Positions 16,727 through 27,200 of a DNA stretch of 64,000 nt are shown here, piece after piece. Location of the stretch: contig NW_003314265.1 in the NCBI RefSeq assembly GCF_000143415.4, positions 2,026,777 to 2,090,776 of the forward strand, in the 5' to 3' direction. The notes below the pieces were generated by a model. The model was not told the origin of the DNA. It made no database searches and saw nothing but the letters and a program-made list of their open reading frames with translations. The stretch comes from Selaginella moellendorffii (taxonomy: Eukaryota; Plantae; Lycopodiophyta). Both the position numbers and the translations under genes were made by a program. How positions within the stretch are numbered: the first letter of the stretch is position 1; each line of letters opens with the position of its first letter.

Positions 16727-17284
16727 CACCGATCACCGCATTTCCTGCTTAAACCCTATACATTTCGTATAAACCCTAAGTGGTCTCTTCGTGACTCGAA
16801 CCACAGACATCCCGAACAAAAAATGATGTATTAATTGTCCAATGTGGAAGGCTATGATTATTTTGTTAGATATGTGCACCATAGAAACTCATGTACTGCA
16901 CATCTGGAAGATAGTTGACAGGCCTAAAATGTCGTAAAATTTTTACATAATGCAAAGCCACTGTGGATGAATGATATTGTCTTTGGAATCCTTTGCTTCT
17001 TGACGCTGTGCCACCATGTAAACAGTATATGAATTACTATGCCATGTTTGGCATGTTTCTCATGTTAAATCATCAAGTTTTATTAAAAAAGAAAAGTATT
17101 CTTTTATATTCGAACAAGATGGTTCGTTTGTTGGTTGAGCTGCTTATGGAGATTGATTCCTTCTTTAAGAAATTTTGGCAAAAAGGAATGATGGTAGCAC
17201 ATCAAGTTTGAATGCTATAACAATAAGTCATTCAAGAAAGAGTGTGCAAGCAAGCAGGAAGAATTAGATAGTCGTCTGTTAAGA

Positions 17285-18934
17285 TTACCAAGCAAAAAGT
17301 TTTGCCTTCTTCAATGCTCTTTCGGCTGCTACCAAAGTTGCCATCTCTTTGCAAAAAGCTACTCTCACGTAGCGATTCTCATAGCCAAGTTTGTTCGATC
17401 GAAAGAAAGCGGAGCCAGGAACTAGTGCAACTCCAGCGCGGTTTATTAGATCCGTGACAAACTCTATCTGAACAAAACAATTCAAGAACTGAGCTGAGTG
17501 AAAAACCGGGGCTTACATCGTTTTGCTTCATAGCATCCGGCAGCCTTGCAAAGACGAAAAACGATCCCTGAGCCGTAAACGGTACCTCAAAACCAGCTTC
17601 AACTAGGACTTTCTTTATATATTCGCCTCTTTCCCGGTAGCACTGCACACAAAGTACAAACACTGTCGGAAACAAAACAAAACTTTCATGAATCTTACAC
17701 TTTTGAGCTTTGCATAGAAATCGTGACTGCTCTGCAACGCGACCAAAGCCGCTACTTGGAAAGGTGAAGGAGCGGAATCAGTAAGCTTGACGTGTATGTT
17801 TCTTATGGCAGACGCCAGCTGAACCGGTGCTATAGCCCAGCCAACACGCCACCCTGCACGGAAAAGGTAGAATAGCAGCAAGAATTACGCATCTTGACAT
17901 CCATACCAGTCACCGAGTATGTCTTTGAAATCGAAGAGGTGACTATCGTCCTCTCGAGCATGCCTGGCAGTGATGCAATACTCACGTGTGTTGCTCCAGG
18001 AAACACTATGTGCTCGTACACCTGTTAAAAATGCGTAAGCCATGGAAAGATCCTTTCTCTACTACCTCGTCTGTTATAGCAAGTAGATCGTGCTTACAAC
18101 AGAGCTGCGCTATCTCTTTAAGTTCCTCTATCGCAAAAACCTTTCCAGTCGGATTGTGAGGGCTGCCACAATCGCATACCGAGTCAAGACCACAAGGAAA
18201 GCTACTCGAGATACCTGTTAATCACAATCGCCTTGGTTCTAGAGGTGATGCTCCTTTCGAGCTTCTCTGAATCCAACGTCCACAGCGGAGGCGTTAAAGG
18301 CACGAAAACCTGTATAGCAACAGAGAAGGAAAGCATATTAGCAATGAAGATTCATCAGCCAGTTGGCTCAACTGGCTTGCCTCCAGCCATTATGATGCAA
18401 GATTCGTACGTCTCATAGACCGGTTCCAAAAGAATCACTTCGTCGTCACGATCAACAACTAAAAGAAGAGGACCAAGAGTGAAAAAGGAGATCTGTTCGA
18501 ACTCACCAGCGAAAGTCGCGGCAGCGAGAGCTTCCGATTGACCGCAGCAAAGCACAATGTCGGACTTGGAGTCAACCTTCACACCCTGGAAATGCTCAAA
18601 ATGCTCGGCCACTTTGTCGCAAACACCTTGTACATGCCTTGTGAAAACGAAATGTAAGAAACCATGCAAAACGATCTCCCAAACCACCTGTACTGATTGA
18701 AGTCTGCTCCAATGGCATCCCTTGCGGCCTCCTTCACCTCTGGCGGAGCTGGGAAATCTGGAAACCCTGGAAAACCTCTCCGCTAGAACACAAACACCCG
18801 AGAATATCAGTTTTACCTTCCGCTAGATTGATCGCATTGCGCTGCTGAGCGAGATGCGAGAGCTTCTGTATCGGTGACGGCTTGAACGACCGTGTCCTGT
18901 GCGCTAGCCAGCGGCAAAAACCCTCCTCTTCCAT
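17285..18934 (-). CDS. PLP-dependent class I/II aminotransferase (kynurenine/methionine aminotransferase-like), multi-exon
   Basis: INLAEGFPDF, SPHNPTGKVF, TDEVYEHI, SISKTYSVTGWRVGW (PLP lysine), GVALVPGSAF and YVRVAFCK. Confidence 0.9.
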
Positions 18935-19010
18935 GAGAAGATGTGGTTATTTTAATGAGGTTCATGGAGTCGTACTAACAGGACCTACAGGCCTCTAACA
19001 GAGCTCTTCC

Positions 19011-19102
19011 TCACGTTTATATCGCTGGTCACACCTCAATAGAGAGATCAAATGTCACGTTTATCTCGCTGGTCACACCTCAATAGAGAGATCAAATGTC
19101 AC
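19011..19102 (+). repeat. 44-bp tandem duplication in the MTPSL copy 1 / aminotransferase intergenic promoter
   Basis: tcacgtttat(a/c)tcgctggtcacacctcaatagagagatcaaatg occurs twice (19011-19054, 19055-19098), followed by tcac. Confidence 0.95.
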
Positions 19103-19155
19103 TAGGCCTCAATAAAGGAGGGGCTTAAGCTCTTTCTTCTCCAGAGTGAATGCGA

Positions 19156-20256
19156 ATGGCCGCACCTTCTATCTATCGTCCCCAAATTCTGGAGCAGCTC
19201 CTCGCCTGCAAGAGCATCTACTTGCCTCAAATTCGCTGCTCGTTGCCATTGCAGTGCCACCCAGACTACGCCTCCGTCTCCAAACAGGCGAACGATTGGG
19301 CCTTCCGCTTCCTCAAGATCAATGCCACCAATGCCGCTGCCGATAAGAAATACTTCACCCAGTGGAGGATGCCACTCTACGGCACCTTTGTTGTGCCTTG
19401 GGGCGACTCCAGGCACGCTCTAGCGGCCGCCAAGTACACCTGGCTTATCACCATTCTCGACGATGCGGTCGACGAGGAGCCTTCGCAGCGGGACGAGATC
19501 CTGGAAGCTTACATGAGCCTTGCCTCCGGTCAAAGATCCATCGCCCAAGTTCCCAACAAGCCCGTGCTCGTCGCCCAAGCCGAGCTCATCCCGGATCTGC
19601 AGAAGCTCATGTCGCCGCTCCTCTTCCAGCGGCTGCTCGTCTCGTACAGGAAATTTGTTGGCTGCTACTCGGCCAAAGTCGACGAGGAGGAGTTCACGAA
19701 AGAGTCTTACGCTGTGCATCGCCGGGAGGACTACGTTGTCAAGCCGATGCTTAACTTCACGCAGATGTGCCTGGGAGTCGAGCTGAGAGACAAGGATCTG
19801 GAAAGCGAGGAGTACCTGCGGGCGATAGATGCCATGTTTGATCATATGTGGCTGGTGAACGACATCTTTTCATTCCCAAAGGAGCTGAGGAAGAAAACTT
19901 TCAAGAACATAATTTTTCTCTTGCTCTTCACGGACCACACCGTTCGCTCTGTTCAACAGGCAGTCGATAAGGCGAACGCCATGATTCAGGAAAAAGAACA
20001 AGAATTCATGTATTACCATGAGATCCTGACGAGGAAAGCGATGGAATCTGGCAACCACGACTTTCTGGCGTACCTTAGAGCGATTCCGGCATTCATCCCT
20101 GGAAATCTACGTTGGCACTACCTCGCAGCTCGGTACCACGGTGTTGATAATCCATTTGTAACAGGAGAGCCATCCAGTGGGACTTGGTTGTTTCATGATA
20201 CGCAGACTATCATACTCCCCGAGTACAAACCAACTCATCCCCATCTGCAAGTCTGA
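19156..20256 (+). CDS. MTPSL: Microbial terpene synthase-like protein (MTPSL), copy 1, intronless
   Basis: Single alpha-domain class I terpene cyclase of about 366 aa: DDAVD (DDxxD), RRED, NDIFSFPKE (NSE/DTE), WHYxxARY. An alternative ATG lies at 19150. Confidence 0.93.
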   Translation: MAAPSIYRPQILEQLLACKSIYLPQIRCSLPLQCHPDYASVSKQANDWAFRFLKINATNAAADKKYFTQWRMPLYGTFVVPWGDSRHALAAAKYTWLITILDDAVDEEPSQRDEILEAYMSLASGQRSIAQVPNKPVLVAQAELIPDLQKLMSPLLFQRLLVSYRKFVGCYSAKVDEEEFTKESYAVHRREDYVVKPMLNFTQMCLGVELRDKDLESEEYLRAIDAMFDHMWLVNDIFSFPKELRKKTFKNIIFLLLFTDHTVRSVQQAVDKANAMIQEKEQEFMYYHEILTRKAMESGNHDFLAYLRAIPAFIPGNLRWHYLAARYHGVDNPFVTGEPSSGTWLFHDTQTIILPEYKPTHPHLQV

Positions 20257-20519
20257 ATGAAAAGGCCATGAAAAATAAAACATAAAGTTTCCTGTTAAGA
20301 TGCAGAGCAAGCAAAAGAGTTTCGGCTACTACCAAAGTTCACAAAAAGCTACCTGATTCTCATAACCAAAGAACACAAAGCCAGGAACTAGTGCAACTCC
20401 TGCAGATCCATGATAAACTCTACCTGAAACCAACCCAGTAAGGAAATTGAGCTGAGTAAGGAAACTGAGCTTACATTGTTCTGCAGTAACCTTGCACACA
20501 TGAAAAACTTGATTCTTTC

Positions 20520-22200
20520 ATGAAAGTGAAAAGGCCTCAATCTAGATCCTTTTGAATAAAAGTACTTTCACAAAATTATTTATTATTTATAAATGAATAA
20601 ATTTTGCATTTTACTTTAGTCATTTAACTATGTTTTTGACCATTTAGAGGAGTCACATTCACAATTTCGATTTAGGGTATTTGCTAGCCCTATATGTGTT
20701 CTCATGACTACATCGACTTCACACTTGGTCCAAGTGTTTCATATGTAAAATCCTACTTTAAACATTTAGTATTATTAATATCCTAGCATCTTAATTGAAA
20801 GTTATGTACATTTTTAATATTTCCAAGACCATCTGTACCACAATTTTATTTTTCCAAGACTAGGCCATCTATTTATGAGTAGTCATCTAATGACTATTCC
20901 TTAAGATGTCTCAAAATATAAAGAACATCATTCTCTAATATTCATTTTTTAATCCCACCAAATTCCTTTTCATTTATGGCAATGCTTATTAACACCACCA
21001 CCGGTCTAGGGTTTAAAGACCCATCCATTAAACTCCATTAACTTTTAGAACTTCTTCACCATGTAATCATATTTTTAATCACTAAGCAAAAAACATTACT
21101 CTTTTTCCATTCTATAGTCTAGGATTTTAAAATGGCATTTCGAAACATTATGGCATAACATGAGTTTCATGGGTACTCCCCCCACTTTCCACCACTAAAA
21201 TGCTCCAGCCATGTGGCTAAAACTAGGTTCCAATGAGCTACATAATGTATCCAAGTAGGTATTGCCACCCACACTTGGGATTGGGAGCATCAATCATTTC
21301 ATCTTTCGGGGGAGCAATTAGTTTTTTAACACTTCATTAAATTACCTCATTTATCCATTTATGTTCACATGGGTTATACTAAGTGTAACTTTCCTTGGTC
21401 ATACTAGCTTTTTTTGGCCAAACTAGTTCCACAAACCTCTTTTACTATGTGTGTATAAATAGATGATTAAAGATAGTTTTCTATTTCACTTTTGCAAATT
21501 GTAGCCTATGTAGTTATAGTGTTCCAAAAGCAAATCTTCAAAGAGCTCTCTCCAAACTTGAGTCTCAACATGCATTGATGTTCCTTACATCTTGTGAAAC
21601 TGGTTCACAAAGGCATCAAGTGGTGTAAATTGATTGGCCAATAAGTTAGGTGGAGAACATTGGAGCATATCACAAATATTATATTGTGTCATCCCTAGAA
21701 CAAAAGCATTTATCTAGTACACACTACCCTATTCCAAGCACTTCGATAGCTTGAACTTGATATCCATGATCTCTATAACCTTCATGCAAGGTTTCTAATG
21801 TCGGCCATCGCTATGTTCATGGTATGCAAGTGGAATAGTGATACACTTGGAACACAACATTATCATCAATGACCAAAGTACTCCCTCATTGGAAGAGCCT
21901 CTACAGAGGGATTTGCCATGTTTCTTACTGCTCCAGGGTGCTAGAGACTGAAGGTTATTTGTTACATATTGTTAAACACAATAGGTGATAGGGTCTGAAT
22001 GGAGACATTTTAGCTATGAAAAGTTTCAAAGAAATAAACTTTACCAATGGCTCAGATGGCAATACATAAGTTGCCACCTCTCAATAGCAATCCATCATTA
22101 GACCTTCAGAAGATGTTAAGGAGCCCATCAAGAGAGTGTAGTGCTAGGGGCCAGAAAATCTACTTGCCGAGTGTTGTCTAGACACTGGTGTGGCAAATGT
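20520..22200 (-). mobile_element. Heavily decayed repeat (probably a retroelement remnant), homologous in reverse orientation to about 54400-54900
   Basis: The reverse complement of about 20850-21330 aligns by eye with about 54400-54900 (e.g. gggtggcaatacctacttggatac vs gggtggcactacatacttggatac). AT-rich, no intact ORF; outer boundaries are approximate. Confidence 0.5.
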
Positions 22201-24221
22201 ATCGAGTTGTAACTAGAAAAAACCATTAAAAAGTGAGCATTGCAAATAGGAAACAGAAAAAGCTAACCACTCACATACATCCTTTTGAGAGTTGGAGTTG
22301 ACCATATTGGTGTGTGTTTGGTGATGTTGTGTGGCCTTAAAAAAGAAGATGGTCCAGGAGAATGCAAGCCAATACATGTGTTGGCACTCAGTCAAGAGAT
22401 TTGAGCTGTGACAAGTTGCATATATTGTTATTGTTGTTGTTGCTACTGTTGCTTGCATTAATCATGTTGGACAGGTGTGAAGGAAAAGCTCCAATTAGAA
22501 GAAGGATGGGAATGGGATATAGACCGTATATGGGCAAGAGGGTTCCTTATAATCATTCTCTAAACTTGCTCATGTGCTAAAGCATAACAAGAATAGAGCA
22601 TTACCCACATTTGGAGGATCCGTCCTCTATGTTTCCCCTCTTCTTATCATTTTTAACCCATGTGCCTAGAACAAAAGAAAAGCAATGAAGATGCTAAAAC
22701 ACCTACAAGAAATGGATGATGAAGATAGCAGGAGAATAGAAGGCAAAAGTGTAATCATGCCAATCTTAATTGCACCAAACCCTAAACAGCCCTAACCCTA
22801 AATTATTAGACAGCTTCCTCTAAATTATAACCTCATGGATAGTAAAATAAGAATTTTAAAATGAAATTAGACTATACTAAAATAAAATAAAAGTGTGAGG
22901 GCCAAGTGTACGGCTACGATGCCATATATTAATATTAGTGTAGTGGGATTTTGGTAGCCGTCGGATTAGTTTCAATCTAGACTACTTGCTCTAGTATACA
23001 AGCTAGAGTTTCTAGGCTAATTGATATACACATTTTCTGTATTCCTTTTTCATATTCCAAGCACTCACATTGGTGGAGTTGAGGGGCACCTTTGATTGTC
23101 CCTGAGAAGTGCTTGGATTTGGGATTTTGGTTTAGATTTAGCTTTTGTATCGTTTATATTTAGTTTTTTCCATTTCCTTTCTTTTATTCTTTCCTTCCAA
23201 AATTTTCGTTTATATCTAGCTTTTTTGCATTGTCTAGATCTCCATTTCCTTCTAGCTTTTTGTCATTTCATTTCTTTTACTCTTTCCTTTTCGTTCATCT
23301 TTATGGCAGATCAACAATCTCCTTCTTTGACTCTGGAGCAGCAGTTGGTACAATTGCTTGATACTATGTGCTTGCAATTGAACAACCAAACTCAGTTGAT
23401 GGCGGCATTCACGGCATGTGGTACAACTCCTCCTGCTCTTGGTGTCAATCCTCGCGTTCGGCTAGAGTTCTTTCACGAGAATCTTAGGGATGATGTGTAC
23501 CATTAGTTTGATCACTTCACGATAATTGCCACATATCGTTCCTAACATGATGATCAACATTTGTGTGAGTTTCCCATGTGTCTCTAAGGGACGGCATTGC
23601 AGTGGTACAATGGTTTGAGTGTAGCCATTCATGGGGATTGAAGTGTTCTCCTAGATGTTTTTAAATGCGCATTCAAACATGTCGACGATTGTGATGATGC
23701 CTTTTAATAATTGCATCGTCTTCGCCAAGGGCCATTTGAGTCGGTGATGCAATTTGACATTTGTTTCCGAAGTCTTTTGCTTCGTACGGAGCCAAATATG
23801 TCAGAGCGGATCAAGTTAGGAATGTTGTGGTTAACACTTTGTCAAGATTTTGTTGGACTTATGCATGCACTTGCTCCCGCCACCCTTGACAATGCTCTTC
23901 ATTTGGCACAACGTTATGAGATGTCATCTCTTCCACTTTTCGTTGCACGTACTTCAGCTCCACTTCTTATGGATGATGGTCATGTTCCAATGGAGGTTGA
24001 TGCTACTGCTACTCGAGTCCAAGGACAAAGGCGAGGACGTGGTCATGGCCGTGATGTTCGCTGTTGGGTGTGTGATGAAGTTGGTCATACTTATTAGTGT
24101 TGTCGGCGTTTTCCAAATTGGCAACCTCCATTTCCTAGGTGGAGACCTTGGCGTCAACAACGTCCTGTTGGTGCTGCTGCAGTGGAAGGTTTGGACACTG
24201 ACATGCATCTGGGAAATGAGG

Positions 24222-27200
24222 TGTAGCGCACCTGAATTTGGAGCCGAACTCCAAGCTCGTTGCGCTACAAAACGAGGGTCCGGTACAATCCCACGAGCAC
24301 CAGCTCCCCGTATCCAGCACCTGCACGCAAAATGGTGTCAGACGGAGTCTGGCACAATTTTGGCATACCGGTGGCCTAACGCAAGAAGGGGGGTACTCCA
24401 CCGACTAGAGCAGCGTGGAGCTTGGGCTTAGACCCAAGCCGGACGTAGAACAAGGAGTGACACAACCTAGCGGGAGCCAAACTAATATCTCAGGTGGTCG
24501 GACATGCATTCCAACCACTATCCCTACTATACATTTGGAACCCCCCACAGCCCCCCCCCCCTTGAGGGACACACGCTTTGGGCTTTCACCCCAAGCCTCC
24601 CTTAGTACCAGGAGTTAGTCTCTGGGACAAGTCCGAAACTTACTAAATATGAAATGTCCTTGGATTGCGAATTTGGACACGGGACGAACACCATTGTGTT
24701 CAGGCCGATCTCTACATTCCGTAGATATGCCAAATGAGCTAATCTAGACACTTTCCCTAAATAGCATTTGAGACCGAAATGAGACCAACACAAAGGGTGT
24801 GATAGCGAGGGTGTTTGGCAATCATGGTAAGCTATCATCTAGCGAATATTGAGGGATTAGTCTCAATATCACGGGGGTTCTTGACACTAGCAAGTGCAAG
24901 CCAATGACAGGAGTTTCTCAAACCAGGCCGAGTATGCTCAGCAAGAAACACATAGGGTTCCTACCTTATGTTTATCCGATTTAAGTACACGGTCATTGAC
25001 CAGTTTCTCAACTAGCTCAAGTGGGAACAATAAAGGGAACCAACTGTACCGACCTTCTGCCGTCATGGCAGTAAGGAAAGAGTGTCCGTAAGGACTGGCC
25101 GACAAGTATCTTTCGATACCTGAAGTCACATTCGCGACACTCTCCCCCCCTTGGGGAAGATCGACGTCCTCGTCGATGCATACCCGAGTCTAGCAAACCG
25201 TCAAGGAAACAACTCCGAAAGTTAATGGAAAGCACACTATGTGGGAAACGCACCGACTTAAATGAGTTATGGAACGACCTCTCCTCTACGTCCAAAGACG
25301 TTAAGACTCAGACACCCTCCGGCCGTCACCGACAAGGAAATGACTAGCAAAGTTAGCCACCCTTGCTGCTCCGAGTACCACTCGGCTTACAAAGGAATGA
25401 TACATCCCTGCCCGTAGGGACATAGGGAGAGGGCCAGAGGCCCAACTTCCCCTGAGCAAGAAATCAACCCCGTCGGGAAGATTTAGATAACTACTATAAA
25501 CTGGCAGATTAAGTTGTTTACACGACCACGCCCCTTTTCGAAAATGAGTCATCGAGAGAGAGGCGGGGACTTGTGATCAGTCTATAATAGTTATCCCCAT
25601 GGTTATGGATTGGACCCATGCACCGAAGTGCCGAAGTCAGCCTGCCAAAACTGACCCAAGTACTAATGAACGAGAGAAACGACACTTTGATTATAGAAAT
25701 ATAGTATTTTATTAATTTGCAAGATTTATTACAAGATTTACAAAAGCTAGTTTTTATTACAATTCTCATACTCCGTGACAAGCTCACGAGCATGTGTAAG
25801 ATTACTAAGAGGTTCCCAAGTTGATTCACAAGTTGGATAACCTTTCCACTTAACTAGATATTCCTTGGAACGACCACCACGAGCTTTGCGAGACAAGAGA
25901 ATCGCTTCGACCTCATACTCCATGTCACCATTCACAACCTCCGGAGGGGGACGAATGTCCACAGAGCGATCCATAGCAACATGATATGGTGCTAGTAAAC
26001 TAACATGAAACACATCATGTACATTGGACAACTCATCCGGAAGATCCAACTTATAGGATACATCACCAACTGGTTTCACCACCCGATAGGGTCCAACATA
26101 TCTTGGCAATAATTTCCGAGATAAACACCCCTTAATGTTCAAGTTTCGGGAAGATAGCCAGACCTGATCTCCCACTTGATAGGATACATCCCGACGATGT
26201 TGATCCTTATCACGTCGATACCTATCTTGAGCTTTGCCCATCGCCTCAGTTGCTCTAGACCAACCTTGACGTAGCTGCTCCGCATAAGTCTCAACAGCCG
26301 GGACCAACACTTCGGACATTGGTTTCAGTACAACAATCTGTTGAGGAACCCCACGAGCATTTCCTTGCAGCATCTCCCATGGAGAATAGCCGATAGCGCT
26401 GTGAAATGTGTTGTTATAACATATTTCTGCTGTATCCAAATGCTCAACCCAGTCGCGTTGGTCCGCTACGACATAGTACCGCAGATAATCCTCAACTTGA
26501 GCATTCACGCGTTCGGTCTGCCCATCAGTTTGAGGATGATAAGCTGTACTAAACTTCAACTTGGTACCAAACAACTGGAACAGTGTGCCCCAAAACTTCC
26601 CCGTAAACCTCGGATCCCTATCTGAGATAATCTCTTCAGGAAGACCACGAACCCGCACTACTTCATGGAAAAAGAGCTTTGCTGCTTGTTTCGCATTCAC
26701 TGTTCCCATAGTTGGAATGAAGTGTGCAATCTTCGACAACCAATCCACAACCACCATCAAAGTATCATAACTCTTAGACTTCGGCAAGCAAGTGACGAAA
26801 TCAAGTGTCACACTTTGAAATGGCCATGCCGGTGCTGGAATGCACTGCAACTTTCCAGCCTGCTTCTCAGTTCTGCGCTTACATTGCTGGCATATTGGGC
26901 AAGAATGGACATAATCCGCTACATCACCTTCCATACCAGACCAGAAAAATCCCTTTTTCAATGAAGCCAGAGTCTTTCGCTTTCCACCATGTCCCGCTGC
27001 CGGAACATCATGATGTTCCCGCAGAAATAATTGCTGAAGATCCTTAGAGGGAAGATACAATCTTTCTTGCTTATAGAATATAAGCCCATCCCGAACTGAG
27101 AAGTGAAGTTTCGCATTAGTGCGACTAGCAACTTTTGCTGCTTCGCTACCAAGGCTCTGCTTCAACAACCCCGCACGGCATAAGATTGCCTTCGCCAATG

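Noticed and set aside
19156-20256. MTPSL as microbial contamination
   Set aside because: Contiguous with intron-containing plant genes, and its flank carries a relic of the adjacent plant gene.
24600-24960. Possible hammerhead ribozyme in the LTR (GAAAC motifs)
   Set aside because: No CTGANGA core with compatible stems found by eye.
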